A stretch of DNA of 64,000 bases, taken from assembly GCA_022826945.1 (NCBI GenBank), contig JAJDTY010000080.1, positions 34,005 through 98,004 of the forward strand. Direction: 5' to 3'. Source of the stretch: Candidatus Binatia bacterium. Lineage in GTDB: Bacteria; Desulfobacterota; Binatia; Bin18. The translations under genes and the position numbers were made by a program. This document shows, piece after piece, positions 35,498 to 45,500 of the stretch. How positions within the stretch are numbered: the first letter of the stretch is position 1; each line of letters opens with the position of its first letter. The notes beneath the pieces were generated by a model, which had not been told where the DNA came from, ran no database searches, and saw only the letters and a list, made by a program, of their open reading frames with translations.

Positions 35498-36991
35498 TCA
35501 CTCTCTCCGCTCGCCTTCCGACTTGGACTCCCCCTGACCTGGAGGTAGGACAGGCTGCTGCACTGAGACCAGCGGCAGCCGGACAGTGAAACAGCTCCCT
35601 TGCCCTACGCGGCTCTCGACACTGATCTGCCCGCCATGCGCGAGCACAATTGAACGGGCGAGTGCCAGACCGAGACCAGTTCCTCCGCGGCTCCGGGCCG
35701 GGTCGGCGCGATAAAAGCGATCAAAGATATGAGGCTGCTCCTCGGCGGCAATACCGGCTCCAGTGTCTCTCACCGCTAGGTCTGCTTCTGTCCCGCGTGG
35801 TTCCAGGGTCAGCGTCACAGTCCCGCCCTCCGGGGTGTATTTAATAGCATTCTCACCCAGGTTGAACAGAAGCCGGAACAGCATGGTCTCGCTGCCCCGC
35901 ACCCAGAGTTCGGTTGGCGCATCATGCTTGAAGCTCATATGTGCCGCCTCGGCCAGCGCGCCCAGCGCGACACAAACATCGCGCAGGACTGCTGTCAGAT
36001 TGACCGGCGTGCGCGCGATGCTCATATTGCCGCTGTCAGAGCGGGCCAGAAAGAGCAAGTCCGTAACGAGCGTGCTGAGGCGGTCAACTTCTTCAAGGCA
36101 GCTGACCAGGACGGAGCGATATTCCTCCGGTGTCGGAGGAGAACGGAGCGCAACCTCAATCTCACCTTTTAAGATCGTAAGCGGGGTGCGCAGTTCATGA
36201 GCGGCATCGGCGCTAAAGTGCTTGACAGCGGTAAACGCACGTTCCAGCCGCTCCAGCATGGCGTTTAAGACGGCGGCCAGACGGCCGAGCTCGTCCGTGC
36301 TGTCCGCGGCCTCGATCCGGCGCGAGAGGTCTTCCGCCTCTATTGCCCGGGCCGTATCAACCATCGCATCCACGGGAGCCAGAGCGCGCCGCGCCAGAAA
36401 CCAGCCGCCCACCCCAGCTCCCCCGAGCGCCAGTGGGATCAGACCCAAGAGAATCAAGAGAAACCGGGAACGGGCCGCGTCCGCACTCTCAAGGGGCATG
36501 GCGACCTGAACGAGATGAATCATCCGGCCGCGTTCAATAACCGGCAGCGTCAGCAGCCGGACCGGTATTCCCTCCCTATCCCCCCTCTGAGGAGGGGGTA
36601 AGGTGATGGTCTGATAGGTTTCCCGGCCTTGCCGGGCGTTCAACTGCGCTTCCGGGCTGAGTGGGAATTGCATACGCGGGCGCGGCACGATGCGGGGGTC
36701 CGGACGACCGAATGGATCAAGTAAACGGAAGAACCGAGAAGTCGGCCCAGGACCAAACGGACCAAGCAGCGCGTTCAGAGCCGCATCTAAATCACGTCCC
36801 GGCGACGAGGGACGTCGGACTGAATCGGCAATGGATACGGCGACCGATTTCAGCGAGGTATCGATGTTGTCGCGCAAGCCCCGGTCGAGAAGGATGAGGG
36901 CCGTTGTCCCAAGGAGGGCCAACATCCCGGTCAGCAGAGCCGTATACCACAGCGTCAGGCGCGCTCGCAGGCTGGAAAAGAGGATCCGCAT
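35498..36991 (-). CDS. Sensor histidine kinase (2 TM, HAMP, HisKA, HATPase_c)
   Basis: H-box 'FSADAAHELRTPLT', N-box 'LLFNLGENAIKYT', G-boxes 'VRDTGAGI' and 'GTGLGLAL'. Confidence 0.9.
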   Translation of the reverse strand: MRILFSSLRARLTLWYTALLTGMLALLGTTALILLDRGLRDNIDTSLKSVAVSIADSVRRPSSPGRDLDAALNALLGPFGPGPTSRFFRLLDPFGRPDPRIVPRPRMQFPLSPEAQLNARQGRETYQTITLPPPQRGDREGIPVRLLTLPVIERGRMIHLVQVAMPLESADAARSRFLLILLGLIPLALGGAGVGGWFLARRALAPVDAMVDTARAIEAEDLSRRIEAADSTDELGRLAAVLNAMLERLERAFTAVKHFSADAAHELRTPLTILKGEIEVALRSPPTPEEYRSVLVSCLEEVDRLSTLVTDLLFLARSDSGNMSIARTPVNLTAVLRDVCVALGALAEAAHMSFKHDAPTELWVRGSETMLFRLLFNLGENAIKYTPEGGTVTLTLEPRGTEADLAVRDTGAGIAAEEQPHIFDRFYRADPARSRGGTGLGLALARSIVLAHGGQISVESRVGQGSCFTVRLPLVSVQQPVLPPGQGESKSEGERRE

Positions 36992-37668
36992 TATTCCTCA
37001 GGTTCCTTTATGACATAGCCCGCCCCGCGCACGGTATGGATCAGCTTGGTGGGAAACCCCGCATCAATTTTTTTCCTGAGATAGTTGACATACACGTCAA
37101 TCACATTGGTGAAGGTGTCGAAATCCACGCCCCACACATGCTGGGCGATAAGGGCGCGGCTGAGCACACGCCCCGGGTGACGTAAAAAGAATTCGAGCAG
37201 GGCGAACTCCTTTGCGGTTAGTTCAATCCGGGTGTCCGCACGCGTGACCTCGCGTGAAACCAGATCGAGCTCCAAGTCCGCCACGCTCAAGGTGGAGGGA
37301 GACAGGGGGCTGCCCCGACGCAGCAAGGCGCGAATCCGCGCGAGCAGTTCTTCAAAGGCAAACGGTTTTGCCAGATAGTCATCCGCGCCTCGATCCAGCC
37401 CGGCGACTTTATCCGCAACCGTATCACGCGCGGTGAGCATCAGAACCGGAACGTAGAGCTTATGCCTCCGCATCTCCTGAAGGACGCTCAAGCCATCCCG
37501 CTTGGGCAGCATCACGTCCAGAATGACCAGATCGTACTCGTGATCGAACGCTCGGGTCAGTCCGACCTCACCGTTCGGGGCGATATCAACACGATAGCCC
37601 TCGGCCTCAAGGCCGCGACGGATAAAACTGGCAACTTTTGCTTCGTCTTCGACGACAAGGATACGCAT
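36991..37668 (-). CDS. OmpR-family response regulator
   Basis: 'MRILVVEDE...DLVILDVMLP' receiver domain plus a winged-helix C-terminus 'TVRGAGYVI'. 1-nt TAATG overlap with the kinase start. Confidence 0.9.
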   Translation of the reverse strand: MRILVVEDEAKVASFIRRGLEAEGYRVDIAPNGEVGLTRAFDHEYDLVILDVMLPKRDGLSVLQEMRRHKLYVPVLMLTARDTVADKVAGLDRGADDYLAKPFAFEELLARIRALLRRGSPLSPSTLSVADLELDLVSREVTRADTRIELTAKEFALLEFFLRHPGRVLSRALIAQHVWGVDFDTFTNVIDVYVNYLRKKIDAGFPTKLIHTVRGAGYVIKEPEE

Positions 37669-37787
37669 GTCTCTTCGCTGCCTCAGGTTCACGAACGGCG
37701 CGAATGAGCGTATTGTAGCAGACACCTCGGGAACCACAGACCCATGTCGAGCTGCTTTCTCCGTTCTCTTTGACCGACTACGTGTGA

Positions 37788-38108
37788 GTGCATATGCCTC
37801 TAGGACGCCCGAGCCTGTCCCCTCTTCACATTCTGAAACTCGTCCGGCATCTGCCCCAGTTTGCCAAGCTGTTCTGGCGGTTGTTCCGCGACCGACGGGT
37901 GCCGCTCCGGGCCAAGGCTGTGCTGGTCGGCGCATTCGTCTATATGCTGCTGCCTATGGACTTGCTACCCGATATTCTACCTTTTGTCGGTGTTGCCGAC
38001 GATATTACCGTCCTGTTACTTGCCGGTCGCTGGTTCCTTTCCCTGTGTCCACCTGACGTGGTACAGGAGCAGGTGAAAGCATTGAGTGAGGAAGCCGCTG
38101 GCTCATGA
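37788..38108 (+). CDS. DUF1232 (YkvA-like) membrane protein
   Basis: 'YMLLPMDLLPDILPFVGVADD' is the family signature. Confidence 0.7.
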   Translation: MHMPLGRPSLSPLHILKLVRHLPQFAKLFWRLFRDRRVPLRAKAVLVGAFVYMLLPMDLLPDILPFVGVADDITVLLLAGRWFLSLCPPDVVQEQVKALSEEAAGS

Positions 38109-38188
38109 CTGTTTGTCTTGTCAACAAAAGTCTCGAGAATGACCGCTGATTGGATTGAGGATTCTCGAGACTTCTGAAGGAGTGATCT

Positions 38189-39940
38189 ATGGCCTATCGC
38201 CCGACTCTGATGAGTACACGAGGGATGATTTCGACTGAACACTATTTGTCCGCCGAAGCCGGTATGCATATTCTCCGTGCCGGGGGTAACGCGTTTGATG
38301 CGGCCGTTGGTGCGGCGTTGGCCGAAGGTGTGCTCAACCCTCATATGCATACGTTCGGGGGCGAACTGTCTGCGCTCGCCTATAGTGCGGCGGACAAAAA
38401 AGTCTTCTCGATTAACGGCAATACCGTTGCGCCCAAAGCGGCAACTCTCGAGTGGTTTCAAGAGCAGGGCATTACCCTCATTCCAGGCAGCGGAGCCCTG
38501 GCCGCCGGACCGTGTGCGGCTCCGGACGCCTTTATTTCTGTGCTGCAACGCTTTGGGACCTGTAGCTTTGCTCAGGTGGTCGCTCCCGCGCTGGAACTGG
38601 CTGAGAACGGTTTTCCCATGCATTGTGCCTTACGGGGCCCGGCACCGGCCTATCTGAATATGGATTTCTCGATTGCCGGGAATGCCGAGCATTTCAGGAA
38701 ACACTGGCCGTCTTCAGCCAAGGTCTATCTGCCGGACGGACACCTGCCCGATGTCGGTCAAGTCATGACGAACCCGGATCTGGCCCGGACATTTCGGCGT
38801 CTGATAGTGGCCGAAGAACGGGCCGGTGGTAACCGCCTCGACGGTCTGGCAGCCGCCCGGGCCGAGTTTTATGAAGGGTCTATCGCCCAGACCATAGCGG
38901 CCCACGCGAAAGAACAGGGGGGGCTGCTGAGCGCGGAAGACCTGGCCGAATTTCATATGCAGATCGAAGAGCCGACGACCCTCAACTACCGTGGCTATGA
39001 TGTCTACAAATGTGGTCCTTGGAGCCAAGGCCCGGTGTTCCTGCAGCAACTGGCCCTGCTTGAAGGGTTTGATCTCAGGGCGATGGGCCTGAATAGTGCG
39101 GATTATATTCATACGGTTACAGAAGCGGCCAAGCTTGCCTTCGCCGACCGTGAGCAATACTACGGCGACCCGGATTTTACCGATGTGCCGCTGGAAGGAC
39201 TCCTCTCCAAAGGCTATGCGTCCAGTCGACGTGAGCTGGTCGACAACGGGCAGGCGTCGCTTGACCAGCGACCAGGGAATCCGCGGACCGGCGCCGCGTT
39301 GCTCGAAGGGGAAGATATCTTTGCGGCCCGAAATTGGGGCCCGGGTACCGTCTATGTGGCAGTGATCGATAAAGAGCGGAATATGGCCTCTTTTACCCCG
39401 AGCGGGGCCTGGATTCCGTCCTCGCCGGTAATAGACGGCCTCGGCTTCCCGCTGGGGACCCGGGTGCAGACATTCTTCCTGGATGCAAAGCATCCGAACG
39501 CCTTGGTGCCGGGGAAACGCCCGCGTACCACCCTGACGCCGACCCTGGTCATGCGAGATGGAAACCCCTGTATGGTTTTTGGCACGCCGGGTGGAGACCA
39601 GCAGGATCAGTGGACGCTCCAGTTCTTTCTGGCCGTAGCTGATTTTGAAATGGAAGTGCAGGATGCCATCGAAGCGCCCCGATTTTCGACCTCCCACTTC
39701 CCGACGAGTTTCTATCCGCATAATGGTGTTCCCGGTCTGCTCCGAGTTGAGGAGCGGATTGCTGAAGAGGTACAGCGTGAACTCAAAGCTCGTGGACATA
39801 GGCTCCAGGTCAACCCGGCGTGGAGCGAGGGGGACGTGCTGGGCATCCGCATTGATGCCAAATCTGGCACGCTGTACGGCGGAGCGGATATCCGTGGGGA
39901 ACAGAGCAAACGTATGCCGTCACATATCATTGGGTGGTAA
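38189..39940 (+). CDS. Gamma-glutamyltransferase family protein
   Basis: 'STEHYLSAEAGMHILRAGGNAFDAAV', the autoprocessing region 'GPGTVYVAVID', and 'FGTPGGDQQ'. Confidence 0.85.
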   Translation: MAYRPTLMSTRGMISTEHYLSAEAGMHILRAGGNAFDAAVGAALAEGVLNPHMHTFGGELSALAYSAADKKVFSINGNTVAPKAATLEWFQEQGITLIPGSGALAAGPCAAPDAFISVLQRFGTCSFAQVVAPALELAENGFPMHCALRGPAPAYLNMDFSIAGNAEHFRKHWPSSAKVYLPDGHLPDVGQVMTNPDLARTFRRLIVAEERAGGNRLDGLAAARAEFYEGSIAQTIAAHAKEQGGLLSAEDLAEFHMQIEEPTTLNYRGYDVYKCGPWSQGPVFLQQLALLEGFDLRAMGLNSADYIHTVTEAAKLAFADREQYYGDPDFTDVPLEGLLSKGYASSRRELVDNGQASLDQRPGNPRTGAALLEGEDIFAARNWGPGTVYVAVIDKERNMASFTPSGAWIPSSPVIDGLGFPLGTRVQTFFLDAKHPNALVPGKRPRTTLTPTLVMRDGNPCMVFGTPGGDQQDQWTLQFFLAVADFEMEVQDAIEAPRFSTSHFPTSFYPHNGVPGLLRVEERIAEEVQRELKARGHRLQVNPAWSEGDVLGIRIDAKSGTLYGGADIRGEQSKRMPSHIIGW

Positions 39941-40345
39941 GGTTTTCCGTGGGCGGTGGAATGCTTTTTTTATCCTCCCACCATTCGCGTCCATCTCTAT
40001 TAGAATAACTAAAATTCAATTTTAGCCTTGACTCTCAATGTGAGAGTGCTAGGTAGGAAATAGAGGTGTGTGGAAGGTCGTGGCGAGGTACCATCGTCCA
40101 CGGACTGATAGAGAGGAGGACAGCTGCTCTATATGCCAACTCGGGAGCAACATCTCAGCTCCGTTCCTCCCCGCCGAACGATTCGGCTTTTTCCATCCAC
40201 ACAAATTTCCTCTATTCTCTTCCGTTCAAAAACATTTCCCTTTCGGACTGTTGACGTCTTTTCTGCCCGGCAGCGTCCGCCCCCATCCATCTTACGCTGA
40301 GATAGGCCTTTTTATGTGAACCCAAAGAGTTGGAGGAGTAGAAGT

Positions 40346-40696
40346 ATGCAACTTCCAGTGCAAATCGTCTCTCGCGACCTACATCTTTCCAGACACCTAG
40401 AGACAGCTATTCATGAGAAGGCCGACAAGCTTGACACCTTTTATAGCCGTATTACCCGCTGCCAAGTCGTTATTGAATCCCAGACCCATCATCACTGGAA
40501 GAGTAAATCCTATAAGGTTCGGATCGACCTGAGCGTTCCTGGTGCTGAGCTGGTCGTCAACCACCATGAAAACCAGGATTTGAAAGTCGCTATTCGAGAC
40601 GCCTTTGGTGCGGCCAAACGTCAGTTGCAAAACTATGCCCATCAACAACGCGGCGATGTGAAAGCGCATTCCGCAACAGCGGAGGCGTGGCATTAG
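40346..40696 (+). CDS. hpf: HPF/RaiA-family ribosome hibernation factor
   Basis: 'MQLPVQIVSRDLHLSRHLETAIHEKADKLDTFYSRITRCQVVIE'. GGAGGAG RBS. Confidence 0.75.
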   Translation: MQLPVQIVSRDLHLSRHLETAIHEKADKLDTFYSRITRCQVVIESQTHHHWKSKSYKVRIDLSVPGAELVVNHHENQDLKVAIRDAFGAAKRQLQNYAHQQRGDVKAHSATAEAWH

Positions 40697-40741
40697 AACG
40701 AATGACAGACCGTTCCTGTTTCCTGAAGGAAAGGACAAACT

Positions 40742-41653
40742 ATGGCTGAGGGATTTCGCAAGATCGTGTGTCCTGTCTATTTGGATGAAACATCGTCCCA
40801 GACGCTCTCGTATGCGCGACACTTCGCCCAGCTCGGAGAGGGGACCATCTACCTCCTTCATGTCGTGCCCACCGATGAGTTGCATCTCCTACGCAGGGTC
40901 TATAGGCCGGACGAAAGTGGCGGGGCGGATATCAGTACGGCAGAACGCGTTGCCCGAGAACAGTTAGAGGCGATTGCTCTGGAACATTTCAGCGATACCA
41001 ACTATGCCATTCTGACCCAATTCAATAGCAATCCGGCTGCTGGAATTCTGGAAGCCCAGAAAGAAGTCGGCGCTGACCTTGTGGTAATGTCTTCGCACGG
41101 TCGAACCGGATTTGCCCATCTCATTCTGGGGAGTGTTGCCGAAAGGGTCGTACGGGAGGCCGTCTGCCCAGTGTTGACCATTCGCCAAGGAGATGAGGAA
41201 GTCACCACCTCTGCATTCCAGAATATCCTTGTTCCAGTTGACATTGCCGACCGGTCGGCGACTGCCCTCATCTGTGCCAGGCAGATTGCGGCACAGCACG
41301 GGGGAACCGTCTATCCACTCCACGTTGTTCCAACCGAAGATATCTACCTCCAGCGCGATGTCTATCGGCTTCAGGAGGGAGAAGGAACGAATCTTGTACG
41401 AGCGGAAAAGGTGGCCAAAGAGCGGTTGGCAGAAATCTCGCAGACCTATCTTGGTGAGGTTCGATATGAACCGGTTGTCCATGTGAGTGGTGACCCGGCG
41501 CGCACTTTTCTCGAAATGGAAAAAGAAGTTGGCGCGGATTTACTGGTGATGGCGACCCATGGGTTTACCGGCCTGTTTCACCTTTTGCTCGGGAGTCTGA
41601 CCGAAAAAATGATGCGTGAAGCGGGCTGCCCGGTCTTGGCCCTTCACCAGTAA
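40742..41653 (+). CDS. Tandem universal stress protein (2 x Usp domain)
   Basis: Two repeats, each ending 'DLVVMSSHGRTGFAHLILGSVAERVVREAVCPVLT' or 'DLLVMATHGFTGLFHLLLGSLTEKMMREAGCPVLA'. Confidence 0.9.
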   Translation: MAEGFRKIVCPVYLDETSSQTLSYARHFAQLGEGTIYLLHVVPTDELHLLRRVYRPDESGGADISTAERVAREQLEAIALEHFSDTNYAILTQFNSNPAAGILEAQKEVGADLVVMSSHGRTGFAHLILGSVAERVVREAVCPVLTIRQGDEEVTTSAFQNILVPVDIADRSATALICARQIAAQHGGTVYPLHVVPTEDIYLQRDVYRLQEGEGTNLVRAEKVAKERLAEISQTYLGEVRYEPVVHVSGDPARTFLEMEKEVGADLLVMATHGFTGLFHLLLGSLTEKMMREAGCPVLALHQ

Positions 41654-41707
41654 CCGAAAGAAGGAACGACGGAGTCTGATCCACAACACAAGAGAAGGGG
41701 CACTCTG

Positions 41708-42217
41708 ATGAAGGATACAGCCTATAGGATTGTGAGTGAATCTCTGAAAGACGAGTTGCGGGCTATTGATTTTTACTTGCTTGCTGCGGATGTTGCGCCC
41801 ACCCCAGCCGCTCGACTTGCAGCCCGGCAGTTCGCCAGGGAAGAAGAGCAGCATCTTGACGACCTCATCGAGTGGATTGAATGGGAAGACGACCCAGAAC
41901 TCCGCACGGTCTTACGAAATATCCACCTCCTCCAGTACGATAGGTCGCCCCAAATCGATGCCGTGCGGCACTGGGTAGAGCTTTGTCACCAGCAGAAGGT
42001 CTCCGATCCCGTGCGGACGCTGTTTGAAATAGCGCTAGCAAAAGAGCAAGCGTCGCTCGGGCACTACCACGCCCTGGAGCGCCAAGTCACAGAGCCGCTC
42101 GCTCGTCGGGTGCTGCACACAATCTGCCAGGCCGAAGAACAGCACCAGCGGTTCCTGGAAGAGCAGTATCATCGGCTGGTGGCCGAGCGTGAGGAGTCCA
42201 CACAGTCCTGGCACTGA
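41708..42217 (+). CDS. Ferritin-like / rubrerythrin-like di-iron domain protein
   Basis: Two ExxH motifs: 'REEEQHLDDL' and 'QAEEQHQRFL'. Confidence 0.6.
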   Translation: MKDTAYRIVSESLKDELRAIDFYLLAADVAPTPAARLAARQFAREEEQHLDDLIEWIEWEDDPELRTVLRNIHLLQYDRSPQIDAVRHWVELCHQQKVSDPVRTLFEIALAKEQASLGHYHALERQVTEPLARRVLHTICQAEEQHQRFLEEQYHRLVAEREESTQSWH

Positions 42218-42260
42218 ACGGGAAACGCGTGAAGTGCGCTAGTCTTGCGCTGCCGTCAGG

Positions 42261-43667
42261 TCAAAACTCCATCTCTCTGACGTCTTCCGCAATATGGAGG
42301 GGGGCGGCAGTCGCCGCCCGTACTGCGTCGGGAGTGACGCCCGGCGCAAATTCTTTTAAGACAAAGCCCTGAGAGGTCACCTGGATCAAGGCCAGATTTG
42401 TCAGCACCCACGAGACACACGCACGGGCGGTGAGCGGATAAGTACATGTGGGGAGCAGTTTTGGCTTACCCGCCTTCGTGGTGTGATGCATCACAACAAT
42501 CAACCGGCGTGTTCCGGCGGCAAGGTCCATGGCCCCGCCAATTGAACCGGCCTGCATATGCGGGGCTTTCCAGTTTGCCAGGTCACCGTTTGCTGCAACC
42601 TGAAAGCCACCGAGTATGACCGTGTCCACGTGTCTCCCGCGGGCCATGGCAAACGCATCTGTACTATCAAAGAAACTGGCCCCCGGTTGCAGCGTCACCA
42701 ACTGGGAACTGGCATTATAGAGATCGATATCCTCTTCTCCATCTGCGGCAAGCGGACCATAGCCCAGCACGCCGTTCTCGGCGTGGAGCGTTACGTTGTC
42801 GGCAATAAAATCCGAGACTAGGGTTGGCAGACCGATACCGAGGTTCACATACTGACCAGGCTCCAAGAGGCGCGCGGCGCGTAGCGCCATGAGCTCTGGC
42901 GTCAGGCCGCTTGGAGACCCAGCGGCCTGCTCTGCCGTTGTGATCGTCCGGCCTTGGGCCCGCATGAGCTCTAACACCTGAGCACGGGCGAGCGGTTTTT
43001 CACGCAGAACAAGACGGTCAACAAATATGCCTGGGGTGACAATTACCTCTGGATCAAGCTGCCCTGACTCGATAATTTCATCGACCTCAACGATGGTGAC
43101 CGCCGCCGCGGAGGCGAACGGGGGGTTAAAATTACGCGCCGTACCGCGGTAGATCAGATTCCCAGCCGTATCAGCTTTGTACGCCCGAATGAGGGCAAAG
43201 TCGGCGTGGAGTGCGGTTTCCATGAGATACTCTCGGCCGTCAAAGGTCCGTTTCTCTTTTCCTTCCGCGACGACCGTGCCAACCCCGGTGGGAGTGAAAA
43301 ACGCGGGAATCCCCGCTCCAGCAGCACGAATGCGTTCGGCCAAGGTGCCCTGGGGCACGATTTCAAAGGCGACTTCACCCCGTCCAATCTGCTCGGACAG
43401 CGGCGTTGTGCGGTAGGCATACCCTCCGAAAGAGGCGATCAGTTTCGAGATTTGGCCGTTTTCAGCGAGAATTTGAGGAGATAGCGGTCCGAATCCGGGA
43501 GAATTGCAGATGATGGTCAGGTCGCTCATGCCGCTGTCCCGGAGGGCAAAGAGCAATTCGTGAGGCCAGCCCTGGAGTACGCCAAACCCGCCTATCAGAA
43601 TACTCGCTCCGTCCTGGACATCGGCAATCGCTTCGACCGCGGAGTAACGAGCCTTTTGTACACTCAT
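42261..43667 (-). CDS. 3-oxoacid CoA-transferase, fused A and B subunits
   Basis: 'ASILIGGFG', 'GEVAFEIVPQGTLAERIRAAGAG', and B-half 'ENGVLGYGP' and 'GGFQV'. Confidence 0.85.
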   Translation of the reverse strand: MSVQKARYSAVEAIADVQDGASILIGGFGVLQGWPHELLFALRDSGMSDLTIICNSPGFGPLSPQILAENGQISKLIASFGGYAYRTTPLSEQIGRGEVAFEIVPQGTLAERIRAAGAGIPAFFTPTGVGTVVAEGKEKRTFDGREYLMETALHADFALIRAYKADTAGNLIYRGTARNFNPPFASAAAVTIVEVDEIIESGQLDPEVIVTPGIFVDRLVLREKPLARAQVLELMRAQGRTITTAEQAAGSPSGLTPELMALRAARLLEPGQYVNLGIGLPTLVSDFIADNVTLHAENGVLGYGPLAADGEEDIDLYNASSQLVTLQPGASFFDSTDAFAMARGRHVDTVILGGFQVAANGDLANWKAPHMQAGSIGGAMDLAAGTRRLIVVMHHTTKAGKPKLLPTCTYPLTARACVSWVLTNLALIQVTSQGFVLKEFAPGVTPDAVRAATAAPLHIAEDVREMEF

Positions 43668-43818
43668 ACAACCCTCATACACGAGAAAAAAGATTTGGGC
43701 TGACCGCTCGGTCAGGTTGATCTTCGTTCTCCCGCCCCGTAATATAGCTCATCAGGCCGATACGTGCTCAAGGGGGAGGGCGGAGTGAGCGAATATAAGC
43801 GCGCAGGAAGGATAACCA

Positions 43819-44379
43819 GTGGCTGACCATCCAGTGTGGCTCTCACAAGGCGTCCCTCAGGGGGAGACACCGCCGCTCGTGGTATTTCACTATCCACTCG
43901 CTTTTACCCTTGTCAGCCGAGAAGCTGGAGCCCCGTTGACGGTGACGGTAGAAACCGCACTTGATGATATTCGTGCGGAAGACCTTGTATACATGGAGAA
44001 GGTTCTGAATTTTGTGACGGAACAGCATCAGAGCGGCCAAGTCCGGCTGCGTGACTCTCAACCCTCCCCAGCGGGAACAATGCCAACCGGTCGGATGTGC
44101 GACCTGTGTGAGATGGCCCATTATACGCAGTGGTATGCCGAGTTTTACGCTCCCTTCCGTTTTACCATTCTCGACTGCGATTCCTGTGAGGTGCCTATCG
44201 CGGTCCTTGGCGAGCACCGCGTTGATGTGCGTCCGGAAGAGGTTGCCTTTATGGAAGACGCTCTTAATCTCGTGGCCGAACAAAAGTATATCGGGAAATT
44301 CCCAAAGTGGATGTTCGACCACAATATGCGGCAGATTCCGGATCATTATCATTTTCATGTCCGCCCCTTGTTATGGTGA
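43819..44379 (+). CDS. Hypothetical protein with internal duplication, CxxC/CxxC pair and HxHxH (HIT-like) C-terminal motif
   Basis: 'CDLC...CDSC...DHYHFHVRP'. The two halves align (LAFTLVSREAGAPLTVTV...VYMEKVLNFVTEQ vs FRFTILDCDSCEVPIAVL...AFMEDALNLVAEQ). Confidence 0.5.
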   Translation: MADHPVWLSQGVPQGETPPLVVFHYPLAFTLVSREAGAPLTVTVETALDDIRAEDLVYMEKVLNFVTEQHQSGQVRLRDSQPSPAGTMPTGRMCDLCEMAHYTQWYAEFYAPFRFTILDCDSCEVPIAVLGEHRVDVRPEEVAFMEDALNLVAEQKYIGKFPKWMFDHNMRQIPDHYHFHVRPLLW

Positions 44380-44434
44380 AAAGAGGAAACGTGCCCTCCA
44401 ATCATTTGCAAAAGCTGGACATGTTTCCTCTTTG
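44379..44434 (+). repeat. Palindromic element copy X (intergenic, between the stop codon at 44377-44379 and the ADH start)
   Basis: aaaagaggaaacgtgccctccaatcatttgcaaaagctggacatgtttcctctttg. 12-bp arms agaggaaacgtg / catgtttcctct with one G.U. Confidence 0.8.
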
Positions 44435-44459
44435 CGGCGAGGAAAAGGAAGTGACGACT

Positions 44460-45485
44460 ATGCAGGCGATGTTATTGCTTGGCCCAGGGAAGATTGCCTG
44501 TCAGGAATTACCCGTGCCAGAACCGGGCCCCGAAGATGTCGTGCTGAAGGTTGAGTCTGCCTTGACCTGCGGAACGGACCTCAAGGCCTTTTTGCGTGGC
44601 CATCCCAAGATGCCCCCGCCGATCCGTTTTGGCCATGAATACTCCGGAACGATTACCGCGCGCGGGTCGCAGGTCAAAAATTTCTGTGAAGGCGACGCGG
44701 TCATGCTTGCGCCAACCGGCCCGTGCGGTCGCTGTTTTTATTGTCAGCATGATCAAGAAAACCTGTGTACGTCACTCATGACGACCATGGCATTTGGCGG
44801 TTATGCGGAATATGTCAGCCTTCCCGGTCGGATTGTCAGATCCAATATGTTCCAGAAGCCCAAAAGCCTGCCTTTTGTCGAAGCCGCGTTGTTGGAGCCC
44901 GTGTCGTGCGTGGTCTTTGGATTACAGCAGGTGACGTTCACGCCCGAAGACACGGTGGTGATTATTGGCGCAGGTGGCTTTGGGCTGTTACACCTCATCC
45001 TCTTAAAAATGTTTGGTCTGGAACGGGTCTATATGGTGGCTCGGAACCCGGACCGGGCCAGAGTTGCGGACGAACTTGGTGCATGCCGCGTGATTGCCCG
45101 TCCGGCTGAGGAGGCCCGGGAGGAAGTCTTGGAGGCCACGGGGGGCCGGGGGGCTGACCTGGTCATTGAGTGTACGGCCCAGCCGAGCGTTTGGGAGGAA
45201 TCCCTGTTCTTTGCTCGTCCCGGCGGTCAAGTTGTTCTCTTTGGTGGCTGCCCGCAGGGAACCAAGGTTTCGCTGGACGCAACTCGGCTGCACTACGATC
45301 AGATTCATCTGTCGAGCCCCTTTCACTTTAACCCGGCCGCTGTGCGGAAAGCGTCCGAATTGCTCATATCCGGGCAGATTCCAACCGAGTACCTGATTAG
45401 TGGTCGCTACCCCCTGGTTGACCTCTGCCAGGCGTTCGATCGGATGCGGCGTGGCGAGGGGATCAAATACGAAGTCGTACCCTGA
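44460..45485 (+). CDS. Zinc-dependent alcohol dehydrogenase (threonine/sorbitol DH-like MDR)
   Basis: 'CGTDLKAF', 'GHEYSG', the structural Zn site 'CGRCFYCQHDQENLC', and 'IIGAGGFG'. Confidence 0.85.
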   Translation: MQAMLLLGPGKIACQELPVPEPGPEDVVLKVESALTCGTDLKAFLRGHPKMPPPIRFGHEYSGTITARGSQVKNFCEGDAVMLAPTGPCGRCFYCQHDQENLCTSLMTTMAFGGYAEYVSLPGRIVRSNMFQKPKSLPFVEAALLEPVSCVVFGLQQVTFTPEDTVVIIGAGGFGLLHLILLKMFGLERVYMVARNPDRARVADELGACRVIARPAEEAREEVLEATGGRGADLVIECTAQPSVWEESLFFARPGGQVVLFGGCPQGTKVSLDATRLHYDQIHLSSPFHFNPAAVRKASELLISGQIPTEYLISGRYPLVDLCQAFDRMRRGEGIKYEVVP

Positions 45486-45500
45486 GGGCGAGAGGCTGTC

